From NCBI GenBank assembly GCA_904063045.1, contig CAJFCJ010000007.1:678819-742818 (forward strand): a stretch of 64,000 nt of DNA, read 5' to 3'. Below, piece by piece: positions 26,234 through 39,052 of the stretch. The notes beneath the pieces were generated by a model. That model did not search any database. It was given only the letters and a program-made list of their open reading frames with translations, and had not been told where the DNA came from. The position numbers were made by a program, and so were the translations under genes. Positions within the stretch are counted from its first letter, which is position 1. Every line of letters starts with the position of its first letter. This DNA comes from Dimorphilus gyrociliatus. Taxonomy: Eukaryota; Animalia; Annelida.

Positions 26234-28177
26234 TTAAAGCCATACACGAATTTTGCCAAACTGGAATAGGACTATAAGTATAAAAAATATAATAACTACT
26301 ATCCTCATAAGTGTTTGTACACGTATTGGAATAAAAAATATTTTCGCTTTCAAAGATAAAGAAGACATAAAAATTAAAAATGAATCGAGTTCTGAAACAG
26401 GAGTATTTTTGTAAAAATGTTGAGCGCGAATTTCATGTCCAATTTTACTAAGCCGATTGGCTACAGCTGAAACTTTCGCAGCCTGTAATAAAAAAGATAT
26501 AATAAAAATATATTCGTATTAAATCCTCAAACCATTATAAAAGGCGGAACAGCACCAGAAAACCAAACTATAACATTTAAGAACGCCACAAGTTTCTGCA
26601 CATGTCCTAATTTGGTGTCTCCAAACAAAACTAACATACTGGTAACTCCCATTAGTAAAAAATTAAGCAAAACCAACGATAAGGCTAATGCTGTTTTTTC
26701 ATTAATTGTCCGCAAAATATTCGTTACTTCATTTGCTTCCTTCTCGAGTGGAATTCATTAAGCATGATTTAGGTTTAATATTTACACTGTACAAACCTTT
26801 AAAGCATTTGTCATTTGTAACGTTCCCTTTCTAAGTCTTTCCTATGATTGATAAAAGTTATTGAACGAAGTTAAATAATTTAAAGCTTCTAACCATGATA
26901 GCGTCAATAAATTCCGTAATTAAAAAGGCTTGCAAACAATAGTTAATAATTACAGCCATGTATATAATATCTAGAGCTATAAAACTTAAAACCAATAAAA
27001 TAAAAAGGAAGAATCTACCCGTCTTGTTCCTAAATAGAGAGAAATTTTTATTTAGAATATTTCCTTTGATTATTAAAAGAAATAAGTACTCGGGACTTAG
27101 AAATGAAAACGGAATATCATTATAAGTTAGGACAATTTGAATTACGCATACACCTGTAGACAATGCTATCCAAATTAAACCAGCTATGAATAGGTATGTC
27201 AAAGTTCGAATTAATTTTCCATGTTTTTTCAAACCACTAGGGTCTGAAGATGTGGTAAAGAGAAAGACCTTAAAGGTTATTACAAATTTTAATAGTTTAG
27301 CTTATAAAACACATGGATTGTTTTAAAACTATCTCACTTTTTGAATCAGCATGTTTAAATGTTCGCTTTGAGCACTCCGAAGCATAATAAAGGATACAAT
27401 ATAAGCTAACAAATGGAAAATATCGGGTATAATATATTCGCTAATAATGTAATTTTTGCAAGTTCCATTAATATTCTGAAAAGTATTTGTTTTTTTTTTC
27501 AAATGTAAAAATGATATTTTAAGAAATAAAAAACTTTGTTGGAAAAATTACTTCATGACTAATTCCACTTCTTTGAAAGCATGCAGAATATTGTATTACG
27601 TATCCCACTAAAATAACTATCAACACGACGACTGGATGAATTATGTTTATAACTTTAGCTATAATAGTATCTCTTGCGTAGATTTGCTGCCATCCAACCT
27701 AAACCATAGTTTAAAAGTTTCAAAGGTTGTAAAATCGAATTTTAATACATACGAGTCTAAGGAAAAATGTGAAAGGCTTTATAACTTTCCTGTTGCATAG
27801 ATTTACCGCTACTGCAGTAGGATTATCCAAGTCTCGATTGGTATCTGAACTGGATTCGAGCTTCAAGATATTTGATAAGATAAACATAATAACAAATATA
27901 GTACTAAAGTAATAGTTACATTTAAGAAGTCTGTTTCTCCGCGAGAGGGGTTATTTAACACAGGATTCTGGCTTGAGGAAATATTTTCAAATCCATCTTC
28001 CTGGTTAGAATATTGTCGCTGACGGAATTGGATAAGCTTAAATATTGTACAGTTATTATAGTTTTTAATTAGTTATACTTTGCAGAAAATTCCTAATGGA
28101 ACATGAATATATTAATGAATACTTACTATGTCTGTTTCAGCTGGATTTTCATTCTTTTCCGATTTTTCATTTGCCAT
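26234..28177 (-). CDS. Gustatory-receptor-like (GRL) 7TM ion-channel superfamily protein, about 9 exons
   Basis: Assembled TMs IHPVVVLIVILVGYVIQYSACF, YIIPDIFHLLAY, LIWIALS, DIIYMAVIINYCLQ, LNVIVWF; C-terminal LDSFLIFMSSLSLKAKIFFIPI...FFILIVLFQF resembles the Gr-family TM7 motif ending in QF. Confidence 0.75.
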
Positions 28178-28207
28178 AGTTTTGATTATTGTCTTTCCTG
28201 GTTCCTG

Positions 28208-28229
28208 ATCACATGATCGATCATGTGAT
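28208..28229. repeat. 22-bp perfect palindrome ATCACATGATCGATCATGTGAT in the GRL/FAM193A divergent promoter
   Basis: Read directly from the sequence; it is its own reverse complement. Confidence 0.9.
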
Positions 28230-28405
28230 TATTCATCAGCAAATAGATGGGCACCCCGGTCGACCATTGCATTATGGGATATTCTACTCGCCATATTGGA
28301 TTGGCACTGTAATTGTCAATACATGAAAAGACGCTGAAAATTTGTTATAATCTTATTACCACATTTGCAAGCTTAGTGTTTCGAAAGTGGTAAAATTGCG
28401 CTTTC

Positions 28406-31400
28406 ATGAAGTTGAAAATGAGTAGCTCGAAAACAAAGATCAATATAAAAAAGATATCGAGGAAGTCTAAGGTTGCCAGCAACGCTTCCTCACACTGTCA
28501 GTCTCGTGAAAAGTATTTAGAAAATGGATTCGAAAGAGCAGATATTGCAGACTTGAAACTAAGAAAAAATTCAAGTGAAAAACGGCATGGAAATGAATTT
28601 TTCCACTCTTGTTATAGTTATAGAGTAAGTATATGGTGGAAAAGCTTTCACGATAAATTTTGAAATTTATCCTTCTTTAAATTTTTTTAATTTAAAAAAA
28701 ATTTTACTTCAGGATGTTTGCAAGCATAGTATTGACTTTTATATATGTGCCAGTTGTAAATGCTATCTCAATCGAAACGATAACGTTTGGAAAAATGGAA
28801 GAGATTGTGTATGTGAAGATTGCAAAGGGAAGCTTACGTTAAACGGTGATTGGAAACCTTTAGTGATGAATAATAATAGTTGTCAAAAGTCAAAGAGGTA
28901 TGAATCTTTCGATCAAGACGGTTGGGATAACATTGCTCAAAATATAAGGGCCATATTACAAGGAGATAAATTTAATGACAATGGAGAAACAAAATTATTA
29001 ATAGCTGAAATATGTAAGGAAGACGAAAGTCTAGTGTTAACTCGTCTTATGGAACTTGCCTACGATTGGATGATGGAGAGAAAGAAGCACTTGACAGGTA
29101 TTATTGGGCAAACTAGTACCTCAATTGATGAGTCAACTTGTCATTTAAGATTATTGCTCTCTCAATTCCATAATCTCGAACACGTTGCAAAACGTCTACA
29201 ACCTGTAATAGAACCACTGCAAGGACAAATGACTCGGTTTACTTTGTCACTTGGTCTATATTTACGCTATTTATTTAAAATACACATAGGTCAAGATGAG
29301 AGAGTAGTCTCCTTCCTCACAAGTATTGAAGAGAACTGCAAAAAAGTTAAATTATCGAACATGGCAGCAGAATTTCGTAGAACAATGAAAGAAGTCGACG
29401 ATGATTATGAAGATCTTATAAATAAAATAACTAGTGAAAGAGAGGACGTTATTGACTATAGAGAAACGATATTAAGTGAAGACTTCGCGTTTTTCAAAGA
29501 ACAAAGAAAGTTATTACTTCAAAAATCCGGTAAACATGAGGAGAATGAAGAAACTGCTAGAGAAATGGAGGAGGAGTTACGAAATATACTCAGTGGCTGT
29601 CATAGTGCCCAAGAAATCTGTCCGAACTGCAAAATTGAACGAAGCTGTTGCTGTTCAGAATGTTGCATTGCCCACTTTATCACCTGCGGAATATTTGATA
29701 CAAGTACGGAATGCACACCCTCACGGAAATTACAATTTGAGTTAGATAGTATAAAACCGCCATCGATGTCAAGCGCGTCATCAGCATCTGATTATGAATC
29801 TACAGTAGAAGAGCCATTAAATGTGGAAAATTCGACTTCCAATCACGCTTATTCTCGCAACAATTATTCACCTCCGTTGAACGAAAATAATGATTATTAT
29901 ATAGCATCTTCGGCACCAGCCTCTCCAGAACCCGATCCACAAAATAATGATTGCAATTGTCAGGAATGTTCAAGTCAACCACCAATAGATAAATTTCGAA
30001 GTATGTCTTTAGAGCAAACTTCTTTATATGAACTTCATACTCATACAGAAGCTTCACCGAAGCTTTGTGCTAATTGTGGCCAAAACAATTTAACAAATGA
30101 CATAGCTACGAATACGACTATATCTGTCCAACGGTCTAAACGTGCTACTTCCGAAACATCTCTTAAACAACAGGCAAAACATCAGCATCAGCAACATCAA
30201 GAGGCAGATGAAAGTAACGGTGATCAATGCGAAAAGCAAGGAAAATTTTGCGATTGTTGTTATTGTGAGTTTTTTGGACATTCTAATCCTGCCGCTCCTC
30301 AAGTCAGTAAAAACTATGTCGAAATGAGAGATAAACTGCGACAACGGTTAAAAAAGAAAAAAGAAACATCAGCTCCGGATCGGGGATGCAAATCGGGAGG
30401 TAGTAACAAAGCCAGTTATGACTTAAGAGATGCAAATGTTGACGAGCTCGTTGCGTTCATTGAAGGCGATTCGAAAGAAAAGAGTGCAAAAGCACAAAAA
30501 AGAGCAAGGCAAAAACAAAAGAAACTGGAAGAGAAGGCTAAAAGAGAAACACAACGGTCCCATTCTGCTTCTTCCACCATTCGGTCCTCCTCTACCAAAA
30601 CTTCAAATGAACGATCAACTCCCTCACCATCTCCATTATCTCCGTCTTCTCCTCCTCAGCCTCCTTCATATTCAACAATTCCTACCAGTAATCCTTCCGA
30701 GTTTCAGCTGCAAATTAGGGCTGATGGTCAGTTACATTTTGTTTCACCAACACGGGGAGAAAGAAAAGTAGCTGTAGCCAAAAGAAAGCATCCAGAGCGA
30801 AAAGCCTGTGGAATACTACAAAACTCTGGTATATCATCGCAACACTATCTCAAAGTGAAGCGCTCGCAGACTATCGACAGTTCGGCTAAACTAGCTTTGG
30901 ACTTCTTTCATCAGCCAGACCTTTCAACGCTAGAAAAGGTTTTTAGTGAACGTTTGCAACCGCTTCCCCAGGAAAGATTGGAGAGAAAAAACAAAGAAGG
31001 TTCAATGCAAACTGCTGTAGATGTAGCTCCCCAAATGCCAATACAAGATATTTTGAGTTTAGAACAACAACAAATTCGGCAAAAGAAGAAAGCAACACGT
31101 AAGACAACAGCGGTAACTACTTTAGCAACTACTACAACAACTGTAGCATCAACGGCAACAGAATCCCCAGCAGCGACAACATCTACGTCTTCAAAAAGGG
31201 TCAATAGTGAGTCGGAAGGAAGTCCAGTTGCTCCGGAAACCCGTCAAGTTAATGGCGATGAAAAAAGCGATCGTAAAATTTCACCAAAGAGTGATGCTGT
31301 GAGTGTTCCTGTTAATATACGAGCCTGTTATTTTTGACCACTTTTATACAGTCTCGGAAAAAGAAAAATAAGAAGAAGAACGGCGAAGGGGGTGGTGAAG

Positions 31401-31619
31401 ATTATAGTAAGTAGTTGATTATTGTTTAACAGTCTATTTTATTCCAACTTTTTAGTGGACGTGTTCAATCCTAAATTGGATGAGAAAGAATTGGATGATG
31501 CTGAAAGGGAGTTAGAACAATTTAAAAAATTTTGCCAAGAAAGCTCTACTATAAAGCCAGAACGACGGAAGAAGCTAAACATTAATTACAAGGATTTAGT
31601 GGTGAAGCGTAAGCAGTAA
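28406..31619 (+). CDS. FAM193A: FAM193A-like protein
   Basis: CDCCYCEFFGH...NYVEMRDKLRQRL, DELVAFIEG, and the C-terminal FAM193 domain DVFNPK...DDAERELEQFKKFC; 2.6-kb central exon. Confidence 0.88.
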
Positions 31620-32392
31620 CGCGGCAACAGTATTTAATTACTTTTTACCTACACCATCTCGGTTGCTATGCATTGATTGAAAAGAAAATAATAAATTTTT
31701 ATCATTTTCTCTTTATTTTACGAATCGGTGCTTTCTGTGTTTTAATAAAATTTTAATATGTATCATAATTAACTAATACTTAACTAGAGCTTTTGCAATT
31801 CCCTTGCTGGCTGAAATCACCGAAATAGGATTTCGAAGTTCCATATTCTATTTTTTATCACCAATGAGATGTTATTTATTTTATTATATGTACCAATGTC
31901 TGTTAATTTATATATATATATATTACATGTATATGTATATATATACAGTATATATATTTTGCATTCTTGTGTTTCGTCAAGGTTTATATAGTCATGAGGT
32001 AAAGTGAAGTCTAAGTCTGTCTAGGAAATTGTCTTTATACGTTTCTATTGAATTACGATCTGTACAAGAAGGAATTAGAAAAATGTTGAAGTTTCCCCTA
32101 GGATTTAGATTTACTGACATCATGATCATGTCTGGTTAAGGTAAGTGATTCAACCAGCCGATCCAACAAACTAAATCATTATAAAAGTATATGTGTATAT
32201 TGAAAGAACAACCTGTACTGGATGAACTTTAAAAGTTCAAGGATTTTTAAGTCAATCACTGTTCATACTTTTTGCTTGCTTAAACTTTTTTTTTACGCCT
32301 ACGAAGTACTTCAAAGTGTCATCTTGAATATAAAATGTCTGAAATATTTAAAAGGCTGCAAACAGGTGTTGTGCTTTCGTTTACGGCGTCAC

Positions 32393-32406
32393 GTTGCTAT
32401 GGCAAG
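32393..32406. promoter_or_regulatory. RFX X-box GTTGCTATGGCAAG upstream of the QRICH2-like gene
   Basis: 13 of 14 bases match GTTGCTATGGCAAC, about 350 bp before the ATG of a flagellar/ciliary gene. Confidence 0.6.
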
Positions 32407-32751
32407 CACTACTTACACAGGTATAAGTTAATACGCCCCTCTTAGATTTTCTAATAGTTTTGTTAACATTGTGTTTTGATGATCTGATCATTTGTGAAGG
32501 AAAAATAAAAGGAAATTATAAGATAATAACTTTTAGTAAGTATTTGATTGAGAAAACATCACAGAAATCAATTTTGTCACTGCACTCATTCCAATGGCGT
32601 ATTTATACGTTTCTCAGGTTGAAAAGCGCGTATACTAAACTTTGTGATGACGAACAATTCGAAGTGTTCGTTTACGAATGAGGAATAATTGTTGTTAATC
32701 GTTTTTAATCAAAGAATGTGGATTAACTAGTGGATACATATAGTCAACAAG

Positions 32752-35700
32752 ATGAAATCGACAACTGTAACCCTAAGTGATATGGTCAATTTGGCCATAG
32801 GAACCCCAGAGACCGGGGTTGTTAACTTAAAGTATAATTACCTTTATGATATTTTATTAAGTTTATTTATTCAATGAGGAATAAAAAATTTCAGCATTCT
32901 TCGAAAGTTACTGCATGAAATGCTTCAGAAGTTGAGTATTACTGATTCAAAAGCTGACGTTGATGAAGAGAAAGAAAGTAAAAATCAGTTGAATGTTAAA
33001 ATGATGCCGGGTACAATACTCGAAGACGATGTATCGGAGATTTCTGAAGAGAAAGTTCATATTCGGCCAACGTCTGTTGCAGATTCGGGTATTGCCGAAT
33101 CTATTGATTCAAAGGATGCTAAATCTGATTCTAAGAAGTTTGACTCGAGAGTCTCTAAGTACATTAATTTAGCTTCTGTCTATACTTAGGTAAACAATTA
33201 TAACTAACAATCAATAAAAATTAGATCTGCACCGAGCTCCCTTTACCATCAACTTTCACAAAAAGTAGGCGAAATGGAAAAACAGATCAATCTTTTGACA
33301 AGTTTACCCTCTAATAACGACCTCTTTGAAAGAGTAGGAAGTGAACCAAAGCCTGTAAGCGATATGTGGAATCTAATGCAAGTACAGAAAAAAGCCGAGG
33401 CTAACGAAGAAGGCGTTAATAGGGTATTTAATATTTTTTTTCTTACTGTAAACTTCTTAAAGAGTAGTGAAATTGAACAATTCAAAACGGTAAAAAAAGA
33501 AATATCTAGCCCTCGGGTGTTAGCTATCTCTTTTATCGATAGCGTATTATTGACATTGGCCACTGCTAGAGTATTATTCGTTAGATATGTATGAAAAAAC
33601 AAATACTCTAATGATGAAAACGAGTGGTCAATAAAAGATTGATCACAGCCAATTTTTTTTTACTATATCTTTATCTAAAACAGCTAATGTCCTTGGTTCA
33701 AGATCTAATGATTGAAAGTAAAAAAAATCAAAAGGACTGTAAAGATTTACACGACAAACTCTCTTCCTTAAGTGATCAAATAAAAGAGGTAAAGAGGCCT
33801 ATAATATTTGAAATAAAAAACCTTTCCCATACGTTCCTCTATTGACAAAATTAGCTATCGAATAAGATTGATTCGAAGCCGGATAACGTTGAAAAGTACG
33901 ATGACAGCCACCTAAAATCATCTATTCAGAATTTAATTGATCAACTGGTAAAAGTTTACATTTAATTTTACTATTGGTTATTCTATCAATTTTTTTCCAT
34001 TTGTCTCCTCCTCTCCCTCCAAAAAGGAATCAATGAAAAAAGGAATGGATAATTTCCTAACTAAAGAAGAGAAAGTCGATTTAAATCCTTACGTTAAGTG
34101 GAGTACTCTAGAAGATATGTTACACGGACTACGTAAAGAAATGAATGAATTAAACGAACTGAATCAAAAGAGCGCAGTAGTTATCGAAGCTGGTATTCAA
34201 ACTGAGGTATTTCTTTATTCTAATTATATGAATCATAGCGACAATATAAATATTACAGTTATTGTCTAATATATTTTTTTTATGACTTTATACAATTTTA
34301 TTGTTAGTAAAAAAAAAAAAGGCGACAATTTTCAATGAAAAAGGAAAGAAAGAGAAGTTTTTTTCTTTGCTTTCTTTCTTTTTTTTTTATATAAAAAAAA
34401 TTATTGTAAGGTCTATTATAACTTAATTAAACAGCCTGAACAACAAGAACAACGAGTGCCTTCGAGAATGTCAACTCCAGAGGTGAACGAATGAAAATAG
34501 AGCAATAAATAAATATATATATATATACTAATATATATATATATATATATCTGTTATACCTTCACTTTCCTTCTGCCATTTTATTTTACTTTAAATTATT
34601 CACCTCTCAATTATTATTTTTCTAATTTGACTTTTCTTGATTCTTCCTCCCTTCCCTTCCCTTCCTATTGATTTTTTTTTTATATTTTTCTTACAATTAT
34701 ATGTACGAGTCTGGGTTCTGACTACGTACATAAGTTGCATACGTTTATTCTATATACTCTCTATATATAGTTGAATATATAGTTCGTTTCTTCTTTCAAA
34801 ATGTACCCATTTAGTGCTTTATAGTTAATTAATTTACTTTCATCTTCCTATTAGGTTAAAAGACCGGATAGCGGTCCGACCCGTGAGTTGAGAGACATGC
34901 TGCAGAGGCTAGGAAGATTAGCGGATCAACATGACCAATTACAAGCCAGAGTGGATTTCTTAGCTGTACGTCTTAGGATTATTTACTCTTATATAATGAG
35001 GTTTTAATTAGTTGTAAACCTTTAGGCTGAATTGGCTTCAAAAGCTGATAAATCAGCTTTGGATATGTTAGGCGATTTATCCAAAAGTGGTATTGATTCG
35101 GGCGCTCTACACGACTTGAGGAAAGAATTAGATAATTTAAAAGCTAGCAGAAACCGGGTAAGCATCTCTTAAGTATGATATATACAATATATGTATGTAT
35201 ATATATATATACTGTATATAAGCCATATGCAGTCTATACAATATGTACATAGGCATATACATATATATATATCATATCATATATGTCGAGTTAATTATAA
35301 AGAATACTTTGTAAGCTGAACTATTATTTACATTATTATTTATATATCTACATTTCTATTAATATTCTCGTTTATTATTTCATTATAATTATTATTTGAT
35401 GTCGTATGAATGATTGAATGAGTTAAAAAATTTGCCAAGAAAATATTATTTCAGCCAAATTCTCTCTATGATAATATATCAATTGGCTGCTCAAAAGAGA
35501 ATATAGCTGAGCCACTCCTCACTAGTTTTGATTCAAATCAATCGAATTTAACACGCCAAAAGCCGATTCTTAAGAAGACTGTTAGTTTTGATTCGTCAAA
35601 AATTAACCGTTTTCGTAAAAGTTCACTGATAAGGAAAAGAAGGAGCACCAGACAAATATTATTCGATCGGCGTTTTTCATATCCAAGAAATCTACAAGAG

Positions 35701-36402
35701 ATTGAAGAATCAGCAATGGATTTAAATCAATCGGAAGCCTGCCGCACAATTATATTAGGAAAACGGTATTTGGTTATTTCCATTCAAGGAAATCATTTAC
35801 TATTAACAAATTTTTTTCTCATTCCCAACAATATTAAAAAAAACAAAAACAACAACATTATCCAATGAATTAACATTCAGACCAAGTATAACAACGGAAT
35901 CCGAAATATCTAGTTTATGCTCTAGCAGTGAATTCATATCATTAGCTGGAAGTTTGTTAATAGCTAACAGTACTGAGGTTTTCTTTCAATCTTTCTTTCT
36001 TTCATGTTTTTTCCTAGTTTTTATGTCTAAATTAGCTTACGTTGTTGTCGTTAGGTAGAGACGGAAAAAAAATAAGCCTATATCTTTAAAAGACCGGAAT
36101 GATATATGTTAAATTTATTATGAATATGCATGGTTGTTTGAATGAATCTTGTTTTTTTGTGCTCTTATTATATTATCATTATTATAGTTATTGATATAGT
36201 TGAAAAAAAAGAGAGAAAAGGTTGATCAATGTCCACTTCATAAGACAAAATAATTACTGTATTTACTATATTATTTTATTTATATATATATTTTATTTAT
36301 TGATTCCATTCATTGCCTGCCTTTACAACTTGTTCTTCTCCTTAGTTTTATTCTTCTCTCCTTCTTTTATTTCTCTTTTTGAAAAAATTTATAATATCTA
36401 AC

Positions 36403-36434
<32 letters not shown>

Positions 36435-38510
36435 ACAACTCTCTCCCTGCCGCAAAATCTGCATATTATTCAAAATATATATCTATGGTATATATTATAG
36501 TCACCAGTGGAGGAAAGTTCTACAAATCGGATTCCAGAGTCAGTAATAGTAGATAAAACAATTATCCAATCCAACCATTTCCCGCCTAGGCCTAATTCGG
36601 CATCAGTATGTTTTTCTTAAAGCTTTAATTTAGTTTATATATACATATAAAAAGTATGTATGCAAAAGAAAAAAAAAGAAAAGGGGCTGGCCTTAATAGT
36701 GTTTATAAGCACTTGATAAACGTGCCTATATAGTGTTTAGTCATCTTTGTTTCGAAGCACAGTGCCTGGATCACAGTTACTTAGTGATTGGTTGCAAAAA
36801 AATAATTAGTTTCGGCTCACTGTTGTACTTTCCTCACGCTTGTAAAGGCAAATATTATTAAAGATTCAAAATAGAGCTTTTTGTGTAATGCTAGTCTTTT
36901 CTCACTCCTATTCTGCTTGGAACTAGCTTATCACTTATGAAAATATATTTATTTATATAAACAATATAAATACTTATAATCTAATATTCTCTTTTTATTC
37001 TACCTTCCTATATCCTCCCAAATTCTCTTCCTGTATTATTGATTAGGATTCGGAACAAATACGTAAATTACAAGGCCTTTTGAATAATATTCAAAATGAT
37101 TTGGATAGAATACATAATAGGCTTAAGGAACTTGGTGAAGACGCTGAAGAGAAACAAAAGCATATTGACGTTAGTATATTATATATAGCACTTGTATATG
37201 GAGAGTCTATATTCACTAGTGATGTAACGGATGAAATTGATAATTGTATCTATTTTTCAGACTTTGTACTCAATTTCTAACAAATTAGAAGAAAATAAAG
37301 CGGATAAGGAGTGGTTAGAGAATGAATTATCGAAGGTAAACAGTTCATTCTCTATTCTTTCTTTGATTTTTATAATCTGTTATTATAACAGAAAGCCGAT
37401 AAGAAAATATTGGGTAATAAAGTGGATAGGTCTACTTTTGATGATACTTGCGATGACTTATCTAGAATGATTAGCGATATGCTGCAGAAATTATCATGCC
37501 ATGTAAGGGAAAAAATGCTTGTTTTTATAGGCCGAAGTAAAATTCAATAATCTATTGTTATACATTGTTAATAAAAATAGGACGATGAATGGAAAAAGGC
37601 AATCGAACGTCTTAATTCCGATATGGATGGTAAATTCGATCGTTTAGAATTTGGACCAATAAAAGCTGATCTTGAAAGACAATTAAGAAATATGCAAAAA
37701 CAACTGAAGAATTTAACCTTACCACCCGATCAAGATGATGAAGCGGCTGGTTTAAGAAAGCAACTCTTACAGAGATTCAATTGTTTGTCGTGTGACAAAC
37801 CGTTAGATGTAGGACCACTCGGGTACGTATGAGTAGTATACAGTCTATGAATATAAACAATACAGTTAAAAGTATTGAATATATTATATATTGTGTATTT
37901 ATTATGTTCTATTACTATCAGACCTGCACCTATAATACCTTCGCAAGGACTTCCAGCAACTCGAACAAACAGACCCCATACAATTTTCGAACTAGAGCAA
38001 GTGAGGCAACAAGCCAAGTCTAATATGGGCTTTTCCACCGAAATTATGGATTTGCAAGCTTCAGCTAGACCCTGTGGAGGTCAACATACTTTAACTTACC
38101 CACATAGGAGGATAACCAAGACTAATGCGTTTGGGTAAGGCAGATAAATCGTATTAATACCCCTATTTTTGCATATATATTATACTAAATATTTGACTGT
38201 CGATTTTAGAGTTCCAAATCTAGCAGATGAAATTCCAACCAGAGACGAACTGGATATCCAAGGAGCAGACGGTCATATCTATAAAGGAGTGGTCGATTCA
38301 ACAAAATTACCAAATTTGGTAACACCAAATGCACCTCGCCAATCCAAGACTTCTCACAACAATAAAAGACCTGGAAACAGCTCCGGGGACGTTCATGCTA
38401 GGCAGAGACCCATGTCAGCCAGTGCCTTATCCAAAGAACAATATATTGCCCCTCAGCCCCCTCCACCTTCTGAACCAGAAACAACTGGTCAGACTGTCGG
38501 CGCCGAGTAA
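32752..38510 (+). CDS. QRICH2: QRICH2/C16orf96-like protein (DUF4795), about 18 exons
   Basis: N-terminal VTLSDMVNLAIGTPETGVVN; DUF4795-like KADKEWLE...KVDRSTFD...DEAAGLRKQLLQRFNCLSCDKP; SARPCGGQHTLTYP; GADGHIYKG. Confidence 0.82.
34513..34550. repeat. Interrupted (AT)n microsatellite in a QRICH2-like intron
   Basis: Read directly from the sequence. Confidence 0.85.
36409..36434 (+). repeat. (CT)13 microsatellite upstream of candidate cassette exon 36501-36605
   Basis: Read directly from the sequence. Confidence 0.9.
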
Positions 38511-39052
38511 AGCATGACACCGAACTCGTGCAATTATATATATATCTAATTTCTTTCATTTGTATTTTCCGATATAATTAACAGTACTCTCTACTCAGTC
38601 GAATTCTGCACAAGTCCCACAATTAAAATTTGAATAACACTTAAAATACAGTATTAAATTTTTTTCGTAAATTAACGAATTAAACAAATTGTAATAATTG
38701 AGTTAATTCATTTTTATGTTAACACATGAAAATATTTATTTGAATACGTAAAGAAACATTTGTATTGAAAAAACTTCATCATTGATTAGAGTGATTAAAT
38801 ATATATGTAAATAATTATATATCTTTATATAGATAAGAAAAAATATCATGAATGTCTAAAAATAATTAATAAAATCGAATAGTTTTGTATATAGATTAAT
38901 ATATATACATCATATATATATATATATATTAATATACATATATGAGATATATAGTTAACAATATACAACTAGAATATATTAAGATTCTCTCCTATAAAAA
39001 ACTATTTAAAAAAAGTTCATTAATTCAAATTCAAATAATATCTCTCTAATTC

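Noticed and set aside
33611-33650. ATGATGA (C-box-like) in a QRICH2-like intron
   Set aside because: No matching CTGA D-box or terminal stem; a snoRNA is not supported.
38780-38960. Repetitive AT/ATAT tract between convergent genes
   Set aside because: Simple low-complexity 3' UTR sequence; not CRISPR-like, with no repeat-spacer periodicity.
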